Of a stretch of 64,000 nt of DNA, positions 26,335 through 37,150 are shown one piece after another. The first letter of the stretch is position 1; each line of letters starts with the position of its first letter. Position numbers and translations under genes: made by a program. The DNA is taken from positions 10,439 to 74,438 of the forward strand of contig JAZUSJ010000081.1 in NCBI GenBank assembly GCA_045606685.1. Direction: 5' to 3'. Under the pieces are notes generated by a model that had not been told where the DNA came from, did not search any database, and was given only the letters and a program-made list of their open reading frames with translations. The DNA comes from Eubacteriales bacterium (GTDB taxonomy: Bacteria; Bacillota; Clostridia; Oscillospirales; CAG-272).

Positions 26335-27054
26335 ATGAACAGCAAACCTGAATATCGCAGAATCGTTCTCAAGCTTTCCGGTGAGGCATTGGCTCCCGCG
26401 CAGGCAGGAGAGGGCATTCTGGATTTCAATAAAATCGAGCAAGTGGCAGAAGTAATCAAAAAATGCATGGATCAAGGTGTACAGGTCGCTGTTATCGTAG
26501 GCGCAGGAAACATCTGGCGCGGCAGAGTCGGCGGATCTATGAATCATTCGCGTGCGGATCAGATGGGCATGCTTGCTACATCCATTAACGCCATAGCAAT
26601 TCAGGATACATTTATCAAATGCGGAATCGATACGGTTGTCATGACCTCCGTGGAAATGCACGCTTATGCTGATTATTATACCGCAAGACACGCAGATAAG
26701 GCGCTCAACGAAGGTAAAGTCGTTGTATTCGGATGCGGTCTTGGTTGGCCTTTCTTCTCAACCGATACTCCTGCGGTTGTTCGTGCTGCAGAAATTGAAG
26801 CAGATGCCGTTTTGATGGCGAAAAATGTGGATTATCTTTACACGGCTGACCCCAAAAAGGATCCTGATGCAAAGCCTATCTACGATATTACCTATGCAGA
26901 GATCCTTGATAAGGGACTCAAAGCGTTCGATATGACTGCGGTCAGCTTCTGCAAGGAAAACAATATTACCACATACGGCTTTGCACTCAGCGATCCCGAG
27001 AATATTTACCGTGTGGTCATGGGTGAGAAGATCGGTACAAAAATGCACAATTAA
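26335..27054 (+). CDS. pyrH: UMP kinase
   Basis: YRRIVLKLSGEAL...VIVGAGNIWRG...MGMLATSINAIAIQD. Confidence 0.97.
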   Translation: MNSKPEYRRIVLKLSGEALAPAQAGEGILDFNKIEQVAEVIKKCMDQGVQVAVIVGAGNIWRGRVGGSMNHSRADQMGMLATSINAIAIQDTFIKCGIDTVVMTSVEMHAYADYYTARHADKALNEGKVVVFGCGLGWPFFSTDTPAVVRAAEIEADAVLMAKNVDYLYTADPKKDPDAKPIYDITYAEILDKGLKAFDMTAVSFCKENNITTYGFALSDPENIYRVVMGEKIGTKMHN

Positions 27055-27098
27055 AAAATAAAACAATTACTATACATAAACAGAAAGGAAACTACATT

Positions 27099-27653
27099 AT
27101 GGGCTACAACACCAAGGACTTTGAAGCAAAGCTTCAGAAAAACAACGTTGCATACGAAAACAATCTTGAAAACATTCGTGCAAACCAGGCGAACCCCAAG
27201 CTTCTTTCCAGAATTACTTTTGAATATTACGGATCTCCCACACCTCTGAATACAATGGCAGACATCCGTGTCAGCGATGCAAGAACGCTGACCATTATGC
27301 CTTATGACAAGTCTACGCTCAAGGCCATCGAGAAGGCAATCCTTGCCTCCGATATCGGCATTACTCCCAACAACGACGGCCAGGCAATCAGACTGGTATT
27401 CCCGCAGCTTACCCAGGATCGCAGAAAGGAGCTCTCCAAGCAGATCTCCAAGATGGGCGAAGAGGCTAAGGTTTCGGCTCGTATGATCCGTAAGAATGCA
27501 AACGACGAGATCAAGCAGCTCAAGAAGGACAACATGCTGACTGAGGACGACGAAGAGAACGCAAAAAAGAAGGTTCAGGATCTGACCGATAAGTATATCA
27601 AGCAGATCGACGTAATCACCGACAAGAAGATTGCTGATATCATGGCAGTATAA
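27099..27653 (+). CDS. frr: ribosome recycling factor
   Basis: LENIRANQANPKLLSRITFEYYGSPTPLNTMADIRVSDARTL...PQLTQDRRKEL. Confidence 0.97.
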   Translation: MGYNTKDFEAKLQKNNVAYENNLENIRANQANPKLLSRITFEYYGSPTPLNTMADIRVSDARTLTIMPYDKSTLKAIEKAILASDIGITPNNDGQAIRLVFPQLTQDRRKELSKQISKMGEEAKVSARMIRKNANDEIKQLKKDNMLTEDDEENAKKKVQDLTDKYIKQIDVITDKKIADIMAV

Positions 27654-27659
27654 CATTAC

Positions 27660-27686
27660 GGCGGGTCGATTGGCCCGCCTTTTGTT
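27660..27686 (+). terminator. rho-independent terminator after frr
   Basis: Stem GGCGGG / CCCGCC, loop TCGATTGG, followed by TTTTGTT. Confidence 0.7.
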
Positions 27687-27700
27687 GGTTAAGGTTAGAT

Positions 27701-28414
27701 ATGATGAATATAAAAAAAGATAACGGCATTCGAGTGGATCAAAGCCTGCGCCACATTGCGTTTATTATGGACGGCAATGGCAGATGGGCAAAAAAACGCG
27801 GCATGCCAAGAACACAAGGACACAAGCAAGGCGTCAAGACCTTTGAAAAGATTGCGGAATATTGCTCCCAAATCGGGCTTGAAGCGATTACTGTATATGC
27901 GTTTTCAACCGAAAACTGGAAAAGACCGCAAGACGAGGTGAATGCCTTGATGAAGCTTGTGGAGCAATATCTCGATGAATTTGCAAAGAAGGCTGAAGAC
28001 ATGTCGGTTGAGTTGCACATGATCGGCGATATGACGGTATTTCCACTTTCTTTGCAGGAAAAGATTGAAAACGTTCAAAAGCTTTCCATGGGTAAACCCT
28101 GTAAGCTTTGTGTGGCCTTCAATTACGGAGGCCGCGATGAGATCGTGCATGCCTGCAATGCCTTGCTCGCACAAGGCAAGACGCAGGTAACGGCGCAGGA
28201 CATCTGCGAACATTTGTATACTGCAAATATTCCCGATCCTGATCTGATCGTCAGAACGGGAGGGGAAATGCGTCTGTCCAATTTTCTTTTGTGGCAGGCT
28301 GCATATTCTGAGTTTTACGCAACCGACAAGCTTTGGCCCGATATGACGCCTTCTGACGTAGACGATGCGATCAAGGCATTTTATCAGAGATCCAGACGCT
28401 ATGGCGGTATTTAA
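27701..28414 (+). CDS. uppS: isoprenyl transferase (undecaprenyl-diphosphate synthase)
   Basis: HIAFIMDGNGRWA...AITVYAFSTENWKRP...IRTGGEMRLSNFLLWQAAYSEF. Confidence 0.96.
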   Translation: MMNIKKDNGIRVDQSLRHIAFIMDGNGRWAKKRGMPRTQGHKQGVKTFEKIAEYCSQIGLEAITVYAFSTENWKRPQDEVNALMKLVEQYLDEFAKKAEDMSVELHMIGDMTVFPLSLQEKIENVQKLSMGKPCKLCVAFNYGGRDEIVHACNALLAQGKTQVTAQDICEHLYTANIPDPDLIVRTGGEMRLSNFLLWQAAYSEFYATDKLWPDMTPSDVDDAIKAFYQRSRRYGGI

Positions 28415-28429
28415 TCATGTGAGGTTATT

Positions 28430-29257
28430 ATGTTGATCAGAGTCATTTCCGCGGTTGTTGCACTTTGCATTTTGGTTCCGGTCGTATATTTTTCGGGAAC
28501 ACTTGCTCTGCCTTTGGCTGCAGCGATCGTATGCTGCATTTGCTTATTTGAAATGCTGGGCTGCCTGAAGCTCAGAAAGAATTTGTTTGTTTCGATTCCT
28601 TTTTATCTGGCAGGCTTTTTTGCGCCTCTTGCTATGCGCTATATACAAAACAAAACGCTGCTTCTTGCCAGTCTGTGCGGATGCGTTGGCGTACTTGCCT
28701 TGATCATGCTGACGGTGAACGTATTTTCCAAGCGCAAGATTCCAACCACGCAAACCTCCTCTATGTTCATGACGGGATGCTATATCATCGCAGCTTTTAC
28801 TTCTATTGTCTATATCCGTGATACGGGTGTACATGGGACGATTCTGTTGGTCATGATGTTTGCCGCTCCTTGGGTGACCGATACGTTTGCATATCTGTTT
28901 GGCAGACTGCTTGGTAAGCATAAGCTGATTCCCGAGGTCAGCCCTAAGAAAACTGTGGAGGGAAGTGTTGCGGGTATCGTATTCTGCATGATCTACGTCA
29001 TGGCATTCGGATTTGTTTGCACAAGAATTTGGGATGTGACCTGCAATTACGCGATCCTGGCAGCACTGGGCATCTTGCTCTCTATTGTAGGCCAGATCGG
29101 CGATCTCGCCATGTCTGCAATCAAGAGAGAATACGACGTCAAGGATTTCGGCAAGATCATGCCCGGTCATGGCGGTGCGCTTGACAGATTTGATTCTGTT
29201 TTGGCCGTATCGATCGTCGTTGCCGTAGCTGAGATTTTTATGAATATTTTCGCATGA
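28430..29257 (+). CDS. cdsA: phosphatidate cytidylyltransferase
   Basis: Multi-TM protein. KKTVEGSVAG...GQIGDLAMSAIKREYDVKDFGKIMPGHGGALDRFDS. Confidence 0.95.
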   Translation: MLIRVISAVVALCILVPVVYFSGTLALPLAAAIVCCICLFEMLGCLKLRKNLFVSIPFYLAGFFAPLAMRYIQNKTLLLASLCGCVGVLALIMLTVNVFSKRKIPTTQTSSMFMTGCYIIAAFTSIVYIRDTGVHGTILLVMMFAAPWVTDTFAYLFGRLLGKHKLIPEVSPKKTVEGSVAGIVFCMIYVMAFGFVCTRIWDVTCNYAILAALGILLSIVGQIGDLAMSAIKREYDVKDFGKIMPGHGGALDRFDSVLAVSIVVAVAEIFMNIFA

Positions 29258-30432
29258 TGCAGCAAGAATATCCTTCAATGATCATTTTAGGCGTAACCGG
29301 ATCTGTTGGAAAACAGGCGGTTGACGTTGCTTTGATGCACGGTGTTCGTGTAGATGCTTTGAGTGCAAACACAAATGTTTCTGAAACAGAAAAAATGGTG
29401 CGAAAGCTGTGTCCTAAGGCTTGCGCTATGGCAGATGAGCAAAGCGCGAAGGATCTTGCCATACGTATTTCTGATCTGCCCGTGAAGGTTTACAGCGGTG
29501 CGCAGGGGATTTGCCAAATGATCGGAGATACTGATAGCGAGAGCAATCGTCAGGTCGTTGTCAATTCCATTTTAGGCCAAGCGGGACTTGCTCCTACTAT
29601 GACCACGTTGAAAGCCGGAAAACAGTTGGCACTTGCCAACAAGGAATCTTTGGTCGTGGCGGGAGAATTGGTTATGCCTCTTGCAAAGAAACAAGGTATT
29701 GATATTCTTCCCGTTGACAGTGAGCATTGTGCGATTTATCAGTGCCTGCGCTCGGGAGACAAAAAAGAGATCAAAAGAATTATGCTGACGGCCTCGGGTG
29801 GCCCCTTTTACGGCTATACCAGAGAGCAACTTGAAGGTGTGACTAAGCAAAAGACGCTTGCACATCCTACGTGGAATATGGGAGCAAAAATCACGGTTGA
29901 CAGCGCCACTATGATGAATAAGGGCTTTGAGGTCATAGAAGCAGTTCATCTTTTTGATGTAAAGCCTGAACAGGTGGAAGTAACGGTACATCGCGAAAGT
30001 ATAATTCATTCCGCAGTGGAATATATTGATAATAACGTGATCGCACAGCTCTCCGTTCCGGATATGCGTTCTTGCGTACAGTATGCTCTTACACATCCCG
30101 CTCGCGTCAATGCAGCTATTGAGCAGTTGGATTGGTTCAAGGTTGGAAAGCTCTCCTTTGCCAAGCCGGATCCTGAAACATTTGTTTTGTTGCAGCTTGC
30201 TTTTGATTGTATTAAAAAAGGTGGAGCCTTACCTGCTGTACTCAATGCAGCGAATGAAGTATGCGTGGCTGCTTTTTTGGAAGAGCGTTTAACTTTCTGC
30301 GGCATCATGGATACCGTTTCACAGGTAGTATGCGATCTGCAGGCTGTGACAGATTATCATAGTCTGGAACAAATTCTGGAAGCGGACGCTATGGCAAGAG
30401 AGCTGGCACACAAGTATTTGCAAAAACAGTAA
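29254..30432 (+). CDS. dxr: 1-deoxy-D-xylulose-5-phosphate reductoisomerase
   Basis: ILGVTGSVGKQA...LANKESLV...DSEHCAIYQC...HPTWNMGAKITVDSATMMNKGFEVIEA. Its start overlaps the cdsA stop (ATGA). Confidence 0.96.
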   Translation: MMQQEYPSMIILGVTGSVGKQAVDVALMHGVRVDALSANTNVSETEKMVRKLCPKACAMADEQSAKDLAIRISDLPVKVYSGAQGICQMIGDTDSESNRQVVVNSILGQAGLAPTMTTLKAGKQLALANKESLVVAGELVMPLAKKQGIDILPVDSEHCAIYQCLRSGDKKEIKRIMLTASGGPFYGYTREQLEGVTKQKTLAHPTWNMGAKITVDSATMMNKGFEVIEAVHLFDVKPEQVEVTVHRESIIHSAVEYIDNNVIAQLSVPDMRSCVQYALTHPARVNAAIEQLDWFKVGKLSFAKPDPETFVLLQLAFDCIKKGGALPAVLNAANEVCVAAFLEERLTFCGIMDTVSQVVCDLQAVTDYHSLEQILEADAMARELAHKYLQKQ

Positions 30433-30454
30433 TTTATTAAGAGGAGATTTATCT

Positions 30455-31543
30455 TTGGAAACCCTTTTACAGAACCCTACGGTCAGGGGCGCTTTATATG
30501 TCCTGCTTGCAATAGGCATTTTCAGCGCCCTGATCATGATACACGAATTCGGTCATTACTTGACTGCAAGGCTCTGCGGTGTTACCGTGCATGAATTTGC
30601 GCTGGGAATGGGTCCGCAGATCTTTTCACGCGTGTCTAAAAAATCCGGTATTCGCTATTCGCTCAGATTATTTCTGATCGGTGGCTACGTCAGCATGGAC
30701 GGTGAGGATGGCGAATCTGAAAATCCGAATGCATTTTGCAATAAAAGCGTTTGGAAAAGAATACTGATCGTAGTTGCCGGAGCGGGAATGAATATCCTGC
30801 TTGGCTTTATTGCTATGTTTATTCTGACTACAACCACTGTGCTGTCTAATCAAGGAGGCTTGTTGCCAACCAACGTCATAGCAGAGTTTGACGAGGGAGC
30901 GACCTCCAATCAGATGGGAGAAGCAGGACTTATGGTAGGTGACCGTATTATTGCAGTAAACGGAGTTCCGGTATTTACGGGATATGATCTGATTTATGAA
31001 ATCACAAACGGTGCTTACGAGCCTGTCGATATGGTAGTAGTAAGAAACGACCATTTCTATCGGTTAGAGGACGTGAAATTCCCAACGACTGAGGAAAGCG
31101 GTGTTGTATTCGGTTCTTACGATTTTAAGGTGTATGGCAAGGCGCCTAATATTTTCAATCTATGTTTTTATTCGGTCAACCGATCCATGTCAACAGTCAA
31201 AATGGTCTACGATTCGCTCTTTGATCTGCTACGCGGCAGGTATGGAGCAGAGGCAGTTTCCGGTCCTGTCGGAACAACGCAGGTCATAGGGGAAGCAGCC
31301 CAGGCCGGAGGTGCAACGCTTTTGTATCTTGTAGCCGTCATCACGATCAATCTTGGTGTATTCAACCTGTTGCCCGTGCCGGCACTGGACGGTGGCAGAC
31401 TGCTGTTTTTGATCATAGAGCTTTTCAGAAGAAAACCGATCAACAGAAATCTGGAAGGGTACGTGCATTTTATCGGCATACTGGTACTATTTGCACTGAT
31501 GGCACTCATTTCAATCAAAGACATTATAGGACTATTCAAATGA
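30455..31543 (+). CDS. rseP: RIP metalloprotease RseP/RasP (site-2 protease, M50)
   Basis: HEFGHYLTAR (HExxH), an internal PDZ-like segment, NLLPVPALDGG. TTG start 8 nt after GAGGAG. Confidence 0.92.
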   Translation: METLLQNPTVRGALYVLLAIGIFSALIMIHEFGHYLTARLCGVTVHEFALGMGPQIFSRVSKKSGIRYSLRLFLIGGYVSMDGEDGESENPNAFCNKSVWKRILIVVAGAGMNILLGFIAMFILTTTTVLSNQGGLLPTNVIAEFDEGATSNQMGEAGLMVGDRIIAVNGVPVFTGYDLIYEITNGAYEPVDMVVVRNDHFYRLEDVKFPTTEESGVVFGSYDFKVYGKAPNIFNLCFYSVNRSMSTVKMVYDSLFDLLRGRYGAEAVSGPVGTTQVIGEAAQAGGATLLYLVAVITINLGVFNLLPVPALDGGRLLFLIIELFRRKPINRNLEGYVHFIGILVLFALMALISIKDIIGLFK

Positions 31544-32634
31544 TAGATTATCAGAAAATCAGAAGAAAAACGCATGCGGTCAAGGTAGGAAACGTCACGA
31601 TCGGTGGCAACGCAAAGATCTCGATCCAATCCATGACAAATACGGATACGATGGATGCAGCAGCCACGATTGCGCAGGTGACGGCACTTGAGCAGGCCGG
31701 CTGTGATATTGTACGCATCACTGTTCCGAATGCACAGGCCGCAGATACTGTGACAAAGATTAAGGAATCGGGAATCCGCGTCCCCATCGTTGCAGACATT
31801 CATTTTGACTATAAGGCTGCGATCGCATGTGCTGAGAGAGGCGTGGATAAGATCCGCATCAATCCGGGCAATATCGGTGATGATGCTCGTGTCAAGGCGG
31901 TTGTGGACGCCTGCAAGCAAAAGAGTATTCCGATCCGCATTGGTGTAAACAGCGGCTCACTTGAAAAGCATATTCTTGCAAAGCACGGCGCACCCACACC
32001 CGAGGCATTGTGTGAATCCGCAATGTATCACGCTGAACTCTTGGAAAGATTCGATTATCACGATATCGTGATCTCCATCAAGGGTTCTTCTGTTGAGCAG
32101 ATGATCAAGGCAAACCGTCTTGTAGCCCAGCGGTGCGAATACCCCATTCACATCGGTGTTACCGAGGCCGGCAGCGAGGAATACGGCATGATCAAAAGCG
32201 CTGCAGGAATTGGCGCACTTTTATGCGATGGTATTGGTGATACAATGCGCGTATCACTGACTGCAGATCCCGTAAGAGAGGTACGGGCTGCCAAGAATAT
32301 TCTGAACGCGCTCGAAATTCAAGGACAATGTGGTATGAATATCGTCAGCTGTCCGACCTGCGGACGTACCAAGATTGATCTGATCAACCTTGAGAATCAA
32401 TTCAGAGCTGCCGCAGAGCGTGAAGGACTGATGGACTATCCGATCCGCGTTGCGCTTATGGGATGCATTGTAAACGGCCCCGGAGAGGCAAGAGAAGCGG
32501 ACATTGGTATCGCAGGAGGGCAGGGCGAGGCCTTGCTGATCTCACATGGAGAGATCATTTGTAAAATCAAAGAAAATGAAATTATTGAAGCTTTGATCCG
32601 CAAGATCAAAGAGATGCGGAATAATAGTATTTGA
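31540..32634 (+). CDS. ispG: 4-hydroxy-3-methylbut-2-en-1-yl diphosphate synthase (flavodoxin)
   Basis: VKVGNVTIGGNAKISIQSMTNTDT...RINPGNIG...VSCPTCGRT...MGCIVNGPGEA. Confidence 0.96.
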   Translation: MIDYQKIRRKTHAVKVGNVTIGGNAKISIQSMTNTDTMDAAATIAQVTALEQAGCDIVRITVPNAQAADTVTKIKESGIRVPIVADIHFDYKAAIACAERGVDKIRINPGNIGDDARVKAVVDACKQKSIPIRIGVNSGSLEKHILAKHGAPTPEALCESAMYHAELLERFDYHDIVISIKGSSVEQMIKANRLVAQRCEYPIHIGVTEAGSEEYGMIKSAAGIGALLCDGIGDTMRVSLTADPVREVRAAKNILNALEIQGQCGMNIVSCPTCGRTKIDLINLENQFRAAAEREGLMDYPIRVALMGCIVNGPGEAREADIGIAGGQGEALLISHGEIICKIKENEIIEALIRKIKEMRNNSI

Positions 32635-32683
32635 TGACAAACAAATTATCGAGAAATTAAAAGTTTAAAACACGAGGTCTGAG

Positions 32684-35600
32684 ATGAAAAAGACGTTTCT
32701 TGAGATATTTCATAAATATCACCCCGATACTTATACGGAAAAATTGTTGCTGACCATCACCGATCTTAAGCTGATGGCTGATAAGGAATTGAAAATTATT
32801 GAGATTACGGCAAACTTCCCGCAAATTGTTGAAAAAGCAGAGCTTTATCGAATTCAGGAAGAGATTTGTAAGGCATACGATCTCAATCGCGTCAAAATTC
32901 TGCCCAAATATGCAGCAGAACTATTTGACGAGGAGTATGTTCCGCAATTATTGGCCGAAACCGAAGAGGTTGGCATTGTTGCGCGAGGATTTTTCCACAG
33001 ATATAAGTATAAACTTGATCAAGGGGTGCTTACAGTAGAGTTGCCCGTGATTGACGCGGGCATTTTACTTATGGAGGACGCACGTACACCGCAGATCATG
33101 GAAAATATCCTGCTCTCGGAATTCGGAATCAGAATCAGCGTAAAGATCGTGCATTCCGAGGATTTCAGCGAAAACGAGCGCAGCGAGTTGTATCTGCGTC
33201 AATTAGAGGAGCTGGACAAGCGTCTTGCTCAGGCTGCAAAGGAATATGATGCAGCCAAGTCGCAAGGCGGCTATTCCTCCAAAGCTCCCGAGCCGCAGGG
33301 AATCGAGCAGCCCGAATTCCCACGCATCCGTTCAGTTTATGATGAAGATCCCACGCCAATCATCGCGGACGGAATTTGTACCATCGGTCACACCTCCTAT
33401 GACATTTCTGCGGTTGAATACGTAAAAGGCGATACTTTTGAGATCAAACCGACGCCTATTGCGCATCTGGACAAGCCCGTGCGTAACGTAGTTATCCTTG
33501 GCGAGATCTATTGCTTTAATAAGGAAAGAAACAGAACGGGCGAGAAATTCAATCTCAATTATTGCATCACCGACGGGAACGGATCGATCGAAATCAAGTT
33601 GTTTAACGTTGAGCCTGAGGAGTCGGATGAGATCTGTAAGGTCATTTCCAACGGAGCTGTTGTGGCTATGCGCGGCTATACCAAATATGAAACCAAGAAG
33701 TCCAAGGACGGTAACCGTACCGAGGGACCCGATTGTTTGTTTTATCCTGTAGAGATTGCTAAGATCAAAAAGCTCTCCCGTAAGGATAATGCCCCGGTCA
33801 AGCGCGTAGAACTGCATTTACATACACAAATGTCTACCATGGACGCGATGATTCCGCCTTCTGTCGCTGTCAAACAGGCAAATAAGTGGGGGCATCCTGC
33901 TGTGGCGATTACCGATCACGGTAATGTCCAGGCTTATCAGGATGCCATGCTGACTGCGGAAAAGATCGGACAGAAGGTCATTTACGGCATGGAGGCATAT
34001 TTTGTCAATGATACGGCGGGCGCTGTAACCGGCCATTGCGCGTATACGCCTTACGATGAATGTATTGTTTTCGATATAGAAACAACCGGCCTTTCTGCAA
34101 AAACCTGCAAAATCACCGAGATCGGTGCCGTGCGTATCAGACAAGGCGAGGTATTGGATACATTCAATACCTTTGTCGATCCGGAGGTACCTATTCCCGA
34201 GGAAATCGTGAATTTGACAGGAATTACCGATGAAATGGTCAAGGGGGCGCCCAAGATCAAAGAGGCTCTGGAAGCGTTTTTTGCGTTTATTGGGGATACT
34301 CCGGACGCGCCTGCCAAGCTATTGATCGCGCACAATGCAAGCTTTGATATCGGATTTATTCGTCACAATGCGCAAGCGTGCGGTATGGAGCTGCGCAATC
34401 CTTATCTGGATACAGTCGCACTTTCCAGATTTCTCAACCCGTCGCTCAACAAGCACAAGCTGAATCTGCTTGCGGAGCATTATCATCTTGGCGATTTCAA
34501 TCACCACCGCGCAAGCGATGACGCGGAAATGCTGGCTTACATCTATTTTAAGATGTGCGAACAGATGAAATCCGCTGAGATCTACACATTTGAGCAGCTG
34601 TGTCACGAAATGACTGTCAGCTCTGATCCGCTCAAGCTCAAGCCATATCATCAGATCCTTCTTGTCAAAAATGCGACAGGACTAAAGAACCTCTACAAGC
34701 TGGTTTCTATGAGTAATCTTCAGTATTACAGACGCAGTCCGCGTATTCCAAAGACGCAGCTTGAAAAGCACCGAGAGGGCTTGATCATCGGATCTGCCTG
34801 CGAGGCCGGGGAAATCTTTACGGCTATTCTGGAAAACAAGAGCGAGGCAGAGCTTGAGGATCTTGTTTCTTTCTACGATTATCTTGAAATACAGCCGATC
34901 ACCAACAATATGTTTCTGATCGATGAGGGCAAGGTCGCTGACGAAGAGGGCTTGCGAGATCTTAATCGCCGCATTGTTGCGCTTGGTGAACAGTACAATA
35001 AGCCCGTTGTTGCAACTTGTGACGCACATTTTTTGAATAAAGAAGACGGAATTTACAGAAAAATTCTGCTTTGCGGACAGAAGTTCAAGGATGGCGACAG
35101 GGATATTTTCTTATACTATCGAACGACCGAGGAGATGCTGGAAGAATTCGCATATCTCGGAGAAGAAAAGGCATATGAGGTCGTCGTGACCAATACCAAC
35201 ATGATCAACGACATGATCGAAAGCAACATCCGCCCGTTCCCTAAAGGGACGTTTACACCCACTATGGAAGGTGCGGAAGAGGATCTGCAGCGCATCTGCT
35301 GGGAAAAAGCAAAAAAGATGTACGGAGATCCTTTGCCGGAGATCGTTTCATCACGCCTTGCAAGAGAGTTGGAATCCATCATCAAAAACGGTTTTGCGGT
35401 GCTGTATATGATCGCCCAAAAGCTTGTTTGGTATAGCGAGCAGCAGGGATATCTGGTTGGTTCGCGCGGATCTGTCGGATCTTCTGTCGTGGCATCCATG
35501 GCAGGAATTTCGGAGGTCAATCCGTTACCTGCGCATTACTGGTGCGATAACTGCCAGTATTCCGACTTTGAATATGCAAAAAAGCACAAGATAGGATCCG

Positions 35601-37132
35601 GCTTTGACCTGCCGGACGCAAATTGCCCAAGATGCGGCAAAAAGCTCAACTATGACGGACATGATATTCCTTTTGAGACATTCCTTGGATTCTATGGCGA
35701 CAAATCACCCGATATTGACCTGAACTTCTCCGGTGAGGTACAGGGTAAGGTACATAAGTATACGGAAGAATTGTTCGGTGCGGAAAACGTGTTCCGCGCA
35801 GGAACGATCGGTACTTTAGCAGACAAAACTGCGTACGGTTACGTTATGAAGTATTTTGAAGAGCGTAACGTCAGTGTTTCCAATGCGGAGGCAAACCGTT
35901 TGGTTGCAAACTGCGTGGGTGTCAAGCGTAACACAGGCCAGCACCCCGGTGGTATCGTCGTTGTACCCAAAACCATGGAGATCTACGACTTTTGCCCGGT
36001 ACAACATCCCGCAGAGGATGTCAAATCCGATATCGTCACCACACATTTCACCTTTGAATACCTGCACGACACGCTTCTTAAGCTGGATGAGCTGGGACAC
36101 GATATGCCGACGAAATACAAGTATCTTGAAAAATATTCGGATACAAGTGTTCTGGACGTTCCGATGAACGACAGATCCATCTACGAACTGTTCCTGTCCA
36201 CAAAGCCTTTGGGCGTTACGCCCGAGGATATCAACTGTCCTCTGGGAACGCTCGGTCTGCCTGAGCTTGGCACGCGCTTTGTTATCAAAATGCTTCAGGA
36301 ATGTAAACCACAGACCTTTTCCGACCTTTTGCAGATCTCGGGACTCTCTCACGGAACAGACGTCTGGACAAACAATGCACAAGAGCTGATCAAAAACGGT
36401 ACTTGTACCATTTCCGAGGTTATCGGTACGCGTGACTCGATTATGCTGGCGCTCATTGATTACGGTGTGCAAAAGGACCATGCCTTCAAGATCATGGAAA
36501 TGGTACGAAAAGGGAAGGGCTTGACACCTGAATACGAGCAGGAAATGCTGGAGGCAGGTGTCCCGGAATGGTATATCTGGTCTTGTAAGCGTATCAAATA
36601 CATGTTCCCCAAGGCGCACGCTGCGGCTTACGATATGTCTGCTATCCGTCTTGGGTGGTACAAGGTACACATCCCGCTTGCATTCTATTGTGCTATGTTC
36701 ACAGTACAGCCAGACGGATTTGACGGTGAATTGATTATGAAAGGCAAGAAGGCACTTGTTGCGCACATCAAGGATATCGAGTCAAGAGGTCTTGACGCGT
36801 CGCCCAAGGAGCAGGCAAGCCTTGCCGTGCTGCAGCTTGCCAACGAGGCATTTGCACGCGGAATCAGATTTTTGCCCGTTGACCTTGAAAAATCCGACTG
36901 GCGAGAATTCTTGCCTGAAAACGGAAAGATTCGTCTGCCTTTCTCGTCCCTGGCAGGGCTTGGCGAAACTGCAGCTGAGAATATTGTTCGTGCAAGAGAG
37001 GAAGAGCCTTTCTTCTCTGTAGAAGATCTCAAGATCCGTGCCAAGCTTTCGCAGGCTGTGATCGATATTCTACGCAAAAACGGTGTTTTGGACGGCATCA
37101 ACGAAACCGACCAGTTGACATTTAATTTTTAA
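32684..37132 (+). CDS. polC: DNA polymerase III PolC-type (replicative polymerase with intrinsic 3'-5' exonuclease)
   Basis: 1482 aa. PHP domain (VELHLHTQMSTMDA), exonuclease domain (VFDIETTGL...HNASFDIGF...HRASDDA), zinc-finger segment (CDNC...CPRCG), polymerase core. Confidence 0.98.
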   Translation: MKKTFLEIFHKYHPDTYTEKLLLTITDLKLMADKELKIIEITANFPQIVEKAELYRIQEEICKAYDLNRVKILPKYAAELFDEEYVPQLLAETEEVGIVARGFFHRYKYKLDQGVLTVELPVIDAGILLMEDARTPQIMENILLSEFGIRISVKIVHSEDFSENERSELYLRQLEELDKRLAQAAKEYDAAKSQGGYSSKAPEPQGIEQPEFPRIRSVYDEDPTPIIADGICTIGHTSYDISAVEYVKGDTFEIKPTPIAHLDKPVRNVVILGEIYCFNKERNRTGEKFNLNYCITDGNGSIEIKLFNVEPEESDEICKVISNGAVVAMRGYTKYETKKSKDGNRTEGPDCLFYPVEIAKIKKLSRKDNAPVKRVELHLHTQMSTMDAMIPPSVAVKQANKWGHPAVAITDHGNVQAYQDAMLTAEKIGQKVIYGMEAYFVNDTAGAVTGHCAYTPYDECIVFDIETTGLSAKTCKITEIGAVRIRQGEVLDTFNTFVDPEVPIPEEIVNLTGITDEMVKGAPKIKEALEAFFAFIGDTPDAPAKLLIAHNASFDIGFIRHNAQACGMELRNPYLDTVALSRFLNPSLNKHKLNLLAEHYHLGDFNHHRASDDAEMLAYIYFKMCEQMKSAEIYTFEQLCHEMTVSSDPLKLKPYHQILLVKNATGLKNLYKLVSMSNLQYYRRSPRIPKTQLEKHREGLIIGSACEAGEIFTAILENKSEAELEDLVSFYDYLEIQPITNNMFLIDEGKVADEEGLRDLNRRIVALGEQYNKPVVATCDAHFLNKEDGIYRKILLCGQKFKDGDRDIFLYYRTTEEMLEEFAYLGEEKAYEVVVTNTNMINDMIESNIRPFPKGTFTPTMEGAEEDLQRICWEKAKKMYGDPLPEIVSSRLARELESIIKNGFAVLYMIAQKLVWYSEQQGYLVGSRGSVGSSVVASMAGISEVNPLPAHYWCDNCQYSDFEYAKKHKIGSGFDLPDANCPRCGKKLNYDGHDIPFETFLGFYGDKSPDIDLNFSGEVQGKVHKYTEELFGAENVFRAGTIGTLADKTAYGYVMKYFEERNVSVSNAEANRLVANCVGVKRNTGQHPGGIVVVPKTMEIYDFCPVQHPAEDVKSDIVTTHFTFEYLHDTLLKLDELGHDMPTKYKYLEKYSDTSVLDVPMNDRSIYELFLSTKPLGVTPEDINCPLGTLGLPELGTRFVIKMLQECKPQTFSDLLQISGLSHGTDVWTNNAQELIKNGTCTISEVIGTRDSIMLALIDYGVQKDHAFKIMEMVRKGKGLTPEYEQEMLEAGVPEWYIWSCKRIKYMFPKAHAAAYDMSAIRLGWYKVHIPLAFYCAMFTVQPDGFDGELIMKGKKALVAHIKDIESRGLDASPKEQASLAVLQLANEAFARGIRFLPVDLEKSDWREFLPENGKIRLPFSSLAGLGETAAENIVRAREEEPFFSVEDLKIRAKLSQAVIDILRKNGVLDGINETDQLTFNF

Positions 37133-37150
37133 TTAGAATCGGAGGTAGCT